Below are positions 56,179 to 64,000 of a DNA stretch of 64,000 nucleotides, piece by piece. This stretch comes from an uncultured Spirochaetales bacterium. GTDB taxonomy: Bacteria; Spirochaetota; Spirochaetia; CAYLLE01. Where the stretch lies: contig CAZUAE010000002.1 in assembly GCA_964618265.1 (NCBI GenBank), positions 71,520 to 135,519 of the forward strand, written 5' to 3'. The first letter of the stretch is position 1, and every line of letters begins with the position of its first letter. The notes beneath the pieces are model-generated. The model was not told the origin of the DNA. It worked only from the letters and a program-made list of their open reading frames with translations, and searched no databases. Both the position numbers and the translations under genes were made by a program.

Positions 56179-58785
56179 CTATAACGATTGAATTTTATTT
56201 TCCACGAGTCTGCGAAATTGAGAACTGTAGGAGTTGTTAGCGAGTTTTCGCAGCTCTTTTTTAATTTCTTCTTCTTGTTGTTCATCCATAGAATTAATTA
56301 TTTCACTATACTGCTTTAAATCTTCAATCGTCCGGCTTTGAATATACCCGGCCGCTACATGCCATATCGTATCACCTCTGCTAATACGGTATTCATCTCC
56401 CTCCGGCATTATAAGAATATCACCAGGATATATCCAGTGTGAATCTTTAACTCCCGGTCTATTTTCAGTTCCTAATTTTCTGTAACCGTTAAGGTCAGAT
56501 ATTGTATTCGTAGTACGAATGATATCACTAATGGTTATCTCAAAGTCATAATTCTCCCCTGATTCACTAGTGTAATCAATTTTTCTCAACTCCTTCATGC
56601 GAGGAGTTTCAAAAAAACTATTCGGTATATCAGCTTCAGGAACTTTCTCGTCTTGGGTTGTATCAGGACTGATATCTGTGTTTTGAGAATCTGCAGAATC
56701 CTTTTCTTCACTTTCAACAGTAACAGAATTGTTATCAGGTTTCTCGGTTGTTTCCTGTTCGGTTTTTTCTACAGTTTCTCTTCCATTTTGAGCTTGACCG
56801 TTAGTACTATCTTGGTCCTGTTCAGTTTGTGAATTTTTTTCTTTACTTGTTTTATCCAACCCGGAATTCGAATTATCTGCCTGTGCTACTATATCGGCAT
56901 CTCCGCCAGAAACATCATCTCCTTGTTTTCCGTTTCCGCGAAAACCAAACCACCACGTCAAAAAACCTGTAAATAATATCAGTGCAACAATAGATGCCAC
57001 TGTAAAAAATTTGACGGGAAATCTTTTTTGTTTTCTCTTTATTGCCCCTGTTTCCTGTGTAGCATGGACCGGCGTGATCTCCTCTTTAGGCTTAAGTTTT
57101 GATGGAGCCTGTGCCTGTTCTTTCTCTTCAGAAAAACGGGACTGAGTCTCCTTTACTGATTCAGAGGTTCCCGGTATCCGCTGTTCCCTAATTTTCGCAG
57201 TGCGGGGCGGTTCCAACTCTCTGCTTAACCTGATAAGCCGCTCCCGTTCGCTGAAATAGAAGCTGTTGTCACCTTCGGGAAGTTCTGAAATATACCGTCT
57301 TGCCTTCTTTGAAGCTTGAATATCGGAAGCGGATAAGCCTTCTATCAAGAGTGTATAAAAACATAATATCTTCCCTTCTTTCTGATATAATTCACCTAAG
57401 AGCGGAATATCCGAACTGCCCAGCCGTTTAGTATTTAATATACTTGAAAGTTCAGAGGATATATTATTTAAAAGTTGGTCGTCTCTTGTTTCTGAAAGAA
57501 GGATAGATGCTGAACAGATATTATTAAATAAAGCTATGAGAACAGGATCCATATTACCGGAAATTTGGCTTAATTTAATTGATACTGCATCATCTCTTGT
57601 TTTATTTCCGGATATAAGATCATTAAAATAATTAATAAATATGTCTACAGTAGGAATATCAGTGGAAGACATAAATTTTTTGAATTTTTTTCCCGATTCA
57701 ATCACAAATTCTTTTATTACTGTATCGGTATTTATTTTGCTTTTAATTGGAACGTAGGGTATCCCAGTGAAAATGTTCAATCGCTCCTTTAAGGATACAG
57801 TTTTATCTTTTGAGTCAATTATGATTAAATCATTATTTTTTCCATTAACATTTTCATCAGAAAGCATAATTGGTCTTGGGAAATCTTCGTTATCTATAAT
57901 AATCTTATTACCTTGTTCATCATCACCTAGTTTATAAGAAAATTTTCCGCTAGTTACGCCTTTTGTATTATTTAGCTGATGGACAGTTACCTGAAACATC
58001 CCCGCTTTAGCGGACGGAAATAACGTCGTAAAATCCTGTATCTTTTTCTTGTTTTTTGAAAACAAAACCGCACGTGAATCGGAATATTTTTTTCTCTTTA
58101 GAAATCTTAGAAGTCCTTCATTTAATCTGGAAGTAACTGCACCTTGCAGCAGATCAGGATCAATACCGTATTTTGCCGCTTCCCGAAAATAATCCACCAG
58201 GACTTTGTCTGATACCAAGTTAGAATTTTTGAATAAAATAGTCGTTTCATCCAATACAATAAAACCTGCCTGATCTATTTTATGAAAGGGCAGCAAAAGC
58301 GGATCTCTTTTTATATGATCCTTCATTATGTCCGCACGCTGGTTAAAATGCTTATCCTGTAATTCCCGCTTCTTTAGATCAAAAATAACTTCATTATTGT
58401 AAGCTATGTTGATATTCTTGTTATCCATGAAATAAACGAGAACCCGGTTTCCATCAGATTTGACGTGTTTATAGTCTTCTATAGCTTTTGGTTTAGTTTT
58501 AAAGATCTGCAGGAATTTTTTAAAGTGTTGAATTATTTCCGAATCACCTATATATCGGTACTCACGTACACTTTCATTTCTCACCTCATAAAGTGGATTG
58601 CCTGTGAGAGAGTCGGGAACTATTACAGTATAAATATCTGATAATACTTGCTTAGGAATTCTGTCGGAAGTTCCAATTCTTAAAAATGGGCGCAGGTCTT
58701 GTTTATCTTTTCCAATATAGATTATATAACATTCGTTATCTATATGAAAAATGCGTCTTTCCGGAAATTTATCAAAATTTTCCAT
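56179..58785 (-). CDS. Bitopic membrane protein: large cytoplasmic domain, single TM helix, acidic/polar linker, periplasmic LysM-like domain
   Basis: TM FFTVASIVALILFTGFLTWWFGF (about 56942-57010) preceded by basic KRKQKR; LysM-like HWIYPGDILIMP..YRISRGDTIWHVA. Confidence 0.7.
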   Translation of the reverse strand: MENFDKFPERRIFHIDNECYIIYIGKDKQDLRPFLRIGTSDRIPKQVLSDIYTVIVPDSLTGNPLYEVRNESVREYRYIGDSEIIQHFKKFLQIFKTKPKAIEDYKHVKSDGNRVLVYFMDNKNINIAYNNEVIFDLKKRELQDKHFNQRADIMKDHIKRDPLLLPFHKIDQAGFIVLDETTILFKNSNLVSDKVLVDYFREAAKYGIDPDLLQGAVTSRLNEGLLRFLKRKKYSDSRAVLFSKNKKKIQDFTTLFPSAKAGMFQVTVHQLNNTKGVTSGKFSYKLGDDEQGNKIIIDNEDFPRPIMLSDENVNGKNNDLIIIDSKDKTVSLKERLNIFTGIPYVPIKSKINTDTVIKEFVIESGKKFKKFMSSTDIPTVDIFINYFNDLISGNKTRDDAVSIKLSQISGNMDPVLIALFNNICSASILLSETRDDQLLNNISSELSSILNTKRLGSSDIPLLGELYQKEGKILCFYTLLIEGLSASDIQASKKARRYISELPEGDNSFYFSERERLIRLSRELEPPRTAKIREQRIPGTSESVKETQSRFSEEKEQAQAPSKLKPKEEITPVHATQETGAIKRKQKRFPVKFFTVASIVALILFTGFLTWWFGFRGNGKQGDDVSGGDADIVAQADNSNSGLDKTSKEKNSQTEQDQDSTNGQAQNGRETVEKTEQETTEKPDNNSVTVESEEKDSADSQNTDISPDTTQDEKVPEADIPNSFFETPRMKELRKIDYTSESGENYDFEITISDIIRTTNTISDLNGYRKLGTENRPGVKDSHWIYPGDILIMPEGDEYRISRGDTIWHVAAGYIQSRTIEDLKQYSEIINSMDEQQEEEIKKELRKLANNSYSSQFRRLVENKIQSL

Positions 58786-59213
58786 TAGGGAAATGCTCCT
58801 TCTTAAAACAGCTTTGTTTTCATTTTCTGTAAGAAAGATGTGTCTATCCTAATCATATAATTCATTTTCATATTCATAATCATTATACCAGGTTAGTTAA
58901 AAAATATCATACGTGATAATACATTATCTGCTTTTTTCCGGATTTTTTCTTATGAAACATCCAAAATGAGTATCTATTTGCAGTAAAGGCGTGACGCTCA
59001 ATACCGGAAGGTAATGCTAAAGACATTGTCTTTATGTAAAAATTTTTCATATATATAGTTGCATTTTACCGGTAAATATAAAACAGATCAAGTTTTTCTT
59101 TTGTAAATGTCAATTCGATCTAAAGGTTTGTTTATAAAAAATATGGCTTTTGCAAATCATGAAACTAACCGAACCAGCAGATTTAGTCATAAAGACATAC
59201 GCAGGAGTATTTC

Positions 59214-59257
59214 GGAATTACCCCTTTTATTTTAGGAAGAAGGTAATTCTAAATTGC
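59214..59257 (-). repeat. Dispersed repeat, partial modules B+A (inverted)
   Basis: GGAATTACCCCTTTTATTTTAGGAAGAAGGTAATTCTAAATTGC resembles 39265-39306. Confidence 0.7.
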
Positions 59258-59306
59258 TGCATCATTATTGTATTAATAATCAAACCTATTTAACAATCTT
59301 TGTATA

Positions 59307-60479
59307 TTGCTGTATACTTTTCCTATGATTATCAATGAAAAAGCAAAGACAAAGATTATACCTATTGCCAGCGGAAAAGGCGGTGTAGGAAAATCCTTCA
59401 TCTCTTCTAACCTTGCAATAAGCCTTGCGAAAAGCGGAAAAAAGACTACCCTGATAGATCTGGACTTGGGCGGCTCCAACCTGCATACATATCTCGGAAT
59501 AAAGAATACCAATCCGGGGATAGGTAATTTCCTTTCAAATAAAAAGATTTCCTTTGATGATATTATTTTTGAAACTGAATTTCCAAACTTGACATTCATA
59601 CCCGGGGATGTATTAGTTACCGGCATGGCCAACATAAGCGGAAATCAAAAGAACCGTATCATCAGCGGTATTGAAAAACTGGAAGGCGATTATGTTATAA
59701 TGGATCTTGCCTCAGGCAGTCAGTTCGATATTGTTGATTTCTTTTTAGTTTCTAATTCAGGATTTCTTGTTGTTAATCCCCATGCTCCCTCCCTTCTTAA
59801 TACATATTCATTTTTAAAAACCACAGTCTTTAGATTTATTCAGAGAGCTTTTAACAATAACAAGAAGGTTTCATCCTATATGACTTCCTTGTTGAAGGAA
59901 AAACAACCTGGAGAAATTCCTCCTTTTTCGGAAATTCAAAAGGAAATTTCCAAACGGAGCGCCCCTGTGGGCAGAAATGTAAAAAAAAGTATTGAGCTGC
60001 TTAAACTCAAGATAATAATTAACATGGCGGATCATCCTGAAGATATAGCCTTCGTAATAAAACTCAGAGATCTTATACAAAAATTTCTTTCCATAGATAC
60101 AGAATGCCTTGGTCTAATATACAGAGATAAAGCTGTTCCAAGGTCTTTAGATGAGCTATCCGTCTTTTATACTACCTATCCATCAAGTTTAGCTGCTCAA
60201 GAGATAGAGAGAATAAGTCAGAAAATTTTACAATCAGAGGATTTTCCTAATATGCCGCTTGATTTAGAATATTATAAAGATTCTTTCGAATTGGCAGAAA
60301 TTGAAGCCGGCAATGATTACGAGATCCTAAAAAAAAATACTTCTGTATCAAATAAGGACGAAATTGACACCCGTGAACTCATTGATATGATTACATCCCA
60401 AAAGAAACAAATTAATGAGTTAAAGAGTACGGTTCGGAGACTGACGATGAGAAATGCTCCGCGGAGGGACCGACTGTAG
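59307..60479 (+). CDS. MinD/FlhG-family P-loop ATPase (paralog 2) with a C-terminal coiled coil; start probably 59325
   Basis: ASGKGGVGKS, DLDLGGSNLH, DYVIMDLASG; C-terminal tail ELIDMITSQKKQINELKSTVRRL. Confidence 0.85.
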   Translation: MLYTFPMIINEKAKTKIIPIASGKGGVGKSFISSNLAISLAKSGKKTTLIDLDLGGSNLHTYLGIKNTNPGIGNFLSNKKISFDDIIFETEFPNLTFIPGDVLVTGMANISGNQKNRIISGIEKLEGDYVIMDLASGSQFDIVDFFLVSNSGFLVVNPHAPSLLNTYSFLKTTVFRFIQRAFNNNKKVSSYMTSLLKEKQPGEIPPFSEIQKEISKRSAPVGRNVKKSIELLKLKIIINMADHPEDIAFVIKLRDLIQKFLSIDTECLGLIYRDKAVPRSLDELSVFYTTYPSSLAAQEIERISQKILQSEDFPNMPLDLEYYKDSFELAEIEAGNDYEILKKNTSVSNKDEIDTRELIDMITSQKKQINELKSTVRRLTMRNAPRRDRL

Positions 60480-60505
60480 TACAAAATTAGTCGGTCCCTT
60501 CCTTA

Positions 60506-61057
60506 TTAAACTATCTTTTTTGTCATAAAATCTCGGAATATTTCCCCAATTTCTTTTGATATTTTAACGGCATCAGAACGGGGTACATTAGCATCTTTCC
60601 ACATAGTATCCTGGAAGAACTTTACCATTATCCGATCCAATTGGGGATCTGGGAAAAAGATATAAGAATAATTATTTCCCATTGTCTTAAGTATTGTAAA
60701 GGACCCATAGCTAATTATAGGTTCTTTTCCTACCATTACCTTATCCTGGCGTTTTGTTGTAAATATTTCCAACTCGTTAAAACGGTAAGGAATTTTGTGA
60801 ATATCATCACGATAAGAGGGCTCGGTGTGTTTTTTATCATAATTCATCGGTTCGACTAAAATATACAATTTTTTACCGTCAGCCTGAAAGGTCAATCCAT
60901 CTTCCGATGCATGAATAGATTTTACATTATTGTAAGAGGTTATCTCATATTTAGTATATGCTGATGTTTCCAAAAAAAACGAGCTTACAATAAATCCCCC
61001 TTCCCGGGGTAATTCATTTTTGTTATACGCACTAAAAAGCTCTTTTACGGTAGACAC
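60506..61057 (-). CDS. Hypothetical protein
   Basis: SD GGAGG 5 nt before the GTG at 61057 (MSTVKELF...), so the start is revised from the ORF track. Confidence 0.65.
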   Translation of the reverse strand: MSTVKELFSAYNKNELPREGGFIVSSFFLETSAYTKYEITSYNNVKSIHASEDGLTFQADGKKLYILVEPMNYDKKHTEPSYRDDIHKIPYRFNELEIFTTKRQDKVMVGKEPIISYGSFTILKTMGNNYSYIFFPDPQLDRIMVKFFQDTMWKDANVPRSDAVKISKEIGEIFRDFMTKKIV

Positions 61058-61098
61058 AATTTCCTCCAATATAAAATTAAGGCTGGACTCTACCATGA

Positions 61099-61126
61099 AG
61101 TATATGATTCAAAATCATCTTGTCAA
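61099..61126 (-). promoter_or_regulatory. sigma70 promoter for 60506-61057
   Basis: TTGACA-N16-TATACT. Confidence 0.55.
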
Positions 61127-61148
61127 ACTTGCATATAAAGATTTAGTT

Positions 61149-61667
61149 TTACATTCCCGGAATGGCTCGTATGACATCCGGCATTCTACTATGCACTAAA
61201 ATATTGTAGATGAATCCCCAAAATCCAAGCAATACCGCAATTATTCCAAGAAGGTTTTTTATGCCGGTTAATTTATCATGGATATCATTTATTTTGGCAC
61301 TGGTATTTTCATCAGCCTGATTCAGCAGCAATTTCTGAAGGACCGATAATCCCAGTATGAAACTGATAGCAAAAGAAAGTAAGCTGATTACAAAATTAGA
61401 AAGCCACCAGAGGAAAGGAGACCAGCTGTTTTCTCCGCTTCTTGCGAGCTCCCGTGAAACAAGCCTCTGCAATCGCAAATCACCTAATTTTGCTAACACC
61501 CAAATGAAGAAAATTACACTCCAAATCATTAGAACAAAACCCACCCAGCCGGAAATTTGATCAACCTTAGAGACAGCGTTTTCCATTTCCGGTTTTTGCT
61601 TAACGAGCAGACCGGTTAAACAAAGAGCTCCACTCAAAATCAGAAAAAGCGAAGTAAATGTTCCCAT
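61149..61667 (-). CDS. Hypothetical membrane protein (about 4 TM helices)
   Basis: SD GGAGG before the ATG; hydrophobic helices. Confidence 0.6.
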   Translation of the reverse strand: MGTFTSLFLILSGALCLTGLLVKQKPEMENAVSKVDQISGWVGFVLMIWSVIFFIWVLAKLGDLRLQRLVSRELARSGENSWSPFLWWLSNFVISLLSFAISFILGLSVLQKLLLNQADENTSAKINDIHDKLTGIKNLLGIIAVLLGFWGFIYNILVHSRMPDVIRAIPGM

Positions 61668-61873
61668 ATGTTCCTCCTATGTTTTTACAGCAAATAGAGA
61701 TCTATATGCTGTTTTCTAAAATATAGTACAAATCTAGACAGAGTGTGTCAAACCAATATCTATTTATTTCGGCAATTCCCGGTCAACCCGATTTAAATTT
61801 ATATATTATATGTAATTATGGCCTCTTCTAAATCACACAAGGTGTTGACCGAGAATTGCTGTATTTATTTTTT

Positions 61874-62188
61874 TTATTTCTTCTTCTTTCTGAATGTTTG
61901 AACATATGCACACTGCGAAGGCATGTATCTTCCAAAAAGAGCATGATACATCGTTACTTTATTGCAATTTGAACATATTTTAAATCGGTTTTCATAAATT
62001 GTGCACAGACGAGTATTTGTATCTAAATAACGGCAAGGTTTATCGTATTCAATTATGACTTCACCGTTCCATTTGAGTCTTCTCTCGAAACAGCATAATC
62101 CACACTTATTACAGACGGACTCCCAATACTCTGCCCATTCTTCCTTTGTTTTTTTACCTCTACCTGTTAGATATCTGATTATTCTCAT
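61874..62188 (-). CDS. YkgJ/CxxCxxCC-family putative Zn- or Fe-S-binding protein
   Basis: WESVCNKCGLCC, CRYLD..TRLCTIYENR..CSNC, MPSQCAY. Confidence 0.85.
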   Translation of the reverse strand: MRIIRYLTGRGKKTKEEWAEYWESVCNKCGLCCFERRLKWNGEVIIEYDKPCRYLDTNTRLCTIYENRFKICSNCNKVTMYHALFGRYMPSQCAYVQTFRKKKK

Positions 62189-62234
62189 ACATTTATCCTA
62201 ACACTAATCTCAATTACTTATTCTATACAAACAA

Positions 62235-64000
62235 TTAAAATTCCAAAGGAGCAAAATATCCTCCTTTACCCCGGCCGCTTCTTCTAAGATATATCGTCTG
62301 TATCTCCAACGGGATAAAGGACCGGCCGAAATCAGCGGGGCTTCCTGATGTGTATGTCAATTGATAGGTACCGGATGTTTTATTTAAAAGATGAGAAACT
62401 ATTGAGGTAACTCCGCGAGCATCATGTATTGGCTGTATATAGCCGCCTGTTTCGGAGGCCAAAAACTCAAGCTCAGGACTTTCAGAGGCACCATTAAACA
62501 AAACTCCATAGAACACAATTCCATTGTTCTGAAGATAAGAGGCAAGTTCCGGCAGATCATAATCGATAAGTTGATCACCCATTATCCCGCCATTTCCGAT
62601 GAAGATGATACCCTTTCTACCATCCCGTTTAATCAATTCGGAACCGGCTAATCGAATTCCAGAATCTAAACGCCACCGTTCCGAATAATTGCCTTCTAAA
62701 CGAGCTTTTGAAGCAATCTCAAGTACGGATTTCCCAAACGGCTCAGCGATAAACGGTTCCGGGGAGGTAACAGTTAGACCAACAACTCCTCTTTCTGATA
62801 CTGCGCCCGCAATTTCATTAGCTCCTTCTTCTAAGAGATGTAATGATTTTATTACATCCTTCGAGCGCTCTGCCAAAATCATTACATCCACAGTTTCTGT
62901 CTTATCTTCAGCGTAAGTCATTTCTAAGTCGTTAACTACTAAATTGCCGTCAGTGACCGTAAAATTGGATTTATTCAAACCAATGATTCCGTTTCCTGCC
63001 CGGTCCTGAACGGTCACATCTACCGCTATAGAGGGGAAGTTATCAGCATTTACTCTTCCTACTTGAACAATCAAATTAGTATATAGATCTGTCATCTCCG
63101 ATAATAGATGAACCGCATTTTCCTGAAAATCGGTGGCATAAACTGTTCCGTTTGGTCCGATTACTGCTTTTACAATAGTACCGAAATCAGCAGTATCCGC
63201 GAAAAGAGAGACGGTGTTTTCGGTTGTATTAAGGAGCAGGAGTTTGTCGGCATCAGTTACCAGTAAATGGTTATCGTCAAACTTTGCAATACCTTCGGGA
63301 CGCATAAGGGTATTCGCACCCAGAGATCCTTGATAATTTCCATTTTCATCAAACTGGTATATTTCCCCCGCTTTTTTATCGGCAACATAAATTATTGAGC
63401 CTATAGCCGCTATACCGGTGGGCTCACGGAATCCCTGAAAAACCTCTCCCCGCTCCCCAAAAGTGAGAACGAAACTCCCGTCTCTTTTAAATTTAGAGAC
63501 ACGTCTATTACCATATTCAGTAACGTAAAGCTGATTTTTGTCATCCAGGGTTATAAACTGCGGTCCTAATAGTTCACCGGGATTTATTCCGGTTCTTCCT
63601 ATTACTAATTCTTTTAATCCTCGGGAATTTAATTTTGATATGCGGTCGCCTCGGAATTCTGTTACATAAAGGAATCCATCTGGTCCCAGTACTGTATCAA
63701 AAGGTCGATTTAGCCCTGTTAATCCTCCCTGGTACCGCCCCCGCAGCACACCATTCGCATCTATGTGAAGTATTTCATTAGAACCATAAGCAGCAACATA
63801 AAACCATCCATCCCTCCTTGCATCTACTCCGGAAGGTCTATTAAAAACATCAACGCCTTCCACCAAGCCCGGAAGAGAGGTTACGGTAACATATCGGTCC
63901 AAGGAATCCAATTCAGCTCCGCCGCTGCGTCTATACGCAACGGCCTCTAAAAATGTACGTAGAACAGGGTCACCCTTCACCTCCAACACAGAACGCCACT
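62235..64000 (-). CDS. NHL-repeat beta-propeller plus vWA-like domain protein; 5' part lies outside the window
   Basis: NHL repeats (FNRPSGV, LNRPFD, LLGPQFI, FREPTGI) followed by VTVQDRAGNGIIGLNKSNF and a vWA-like region. The frame is open to nt 64000. Confidence 0.8.
   Translation of the reverse strand, partial: WRSVLEVKGDPVLRTFLEAVAYRRSGGAELDSLDRYVTVTSLPGLVEGVDVFNRPSGVDARRDGWFYVAAYGSNEILHIDANGVLRGRYQGGLTGLNRPFDTVLGPDGFLYVTEFRGDRISKLNSRGLKELVIGRTGINPGELLGPQFITLDDKNQLYVTEYGNRRVSKFKRDGSFVLTFGERGEVFQGFREPTGIAAIGSIIYVADKKAGEIYQFDENGNYQGSLGANTLMRPEGIAKFDDNHLLVTDADKLLLLNTTENTVSLFADTADFGTIVKAVIGPNGTVYATDFQENAVHLLSEMTDLYTNLIVQVGRVNADNFPSIAVDVTVQDRAGNGIIGLNKSNFTVTDGNLVVNDLEMTYAEDKTETVDVMILAERSKDVIKSLHLLEEGANEIAGAVSERGVVGLTVTSPEPFIAEPFGKSVLEIASKARLEGNYSERWRLDSGIRLAGSELIKRDGRKGIIFIGNGGIMGDQLIDYDLPELASYLQNNGIVFYGVLFNGASESPELEFLASETGGYIQPIHDARGVTSIVSHLLNKTSGTYQLTYTSGSPADFGRSFIPLEIQTIYLRRSGRGKGGYFAPLEF

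Noticed and set aside
58921-59210. Possible riboswitch (for example c-di-GMP-I) in the long intergenic region
   Set aside because: The conserved GEMM or other aptamer motifs could not be matched on either strand by eye. An Infernal/Rfam scan would settle it.
10509-59257. Reading the dispersed repeats as a CRISPR array or integron attC sites
   Set aside because: The copies are scattered, not tandem with regular spacers. There are no cas or intI genes and no RYYYAAC/GTTRRRY cores at the ends.

Overview
Core chromosome of an AT-rich spirochaete (Spirochaetia-like: cfpA, P83/100, fused pyrBI, flgG/flgF/flgJ, eukaryote-type glycyl-tRNA synthetase). It holds about 50 CDS (cimA fragment, carAB, apt, tsaD, an RpoS-like sigma factor, flagellar rod genes, PBP1A, three aminoacyl-tRNA synthetases, clpS-clpA-aat, and others) and 3 tRNAs. 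I saw no prophage, integrase, transposase or CRISPR array. Main leads: (1) A minus-strand cluster, LysM membrane protein - cfpA - hypothetical - 'PPDK'. The PPDK-like protein keeps its phospho-His and PEP-binding domains but has lost most ATP-grasp catalytic residues, and the hypothetical protein between it and cfpA ends in what looks like an HPr fold with a conserved His. This suggests a PEP-driven, PTS-like phosphorelay attached to the spirochaete cytoplasmic filament. (2) A modular palindromic intergenic repeat family with 11 full or partial copies. (3) A sigma54 -24/-12 promoter with a palindromic upstream activator site in front of the RpoS-like sigma gene. (4) A candidate sRNA with a C-rich anti-SD-like loop. 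(5) A minimal ParB/CTPase-domain protein with a C-terminal amphipathic helix, coupled to PBP1A. All family assignments come from motif recognition by eye; no database search was run.
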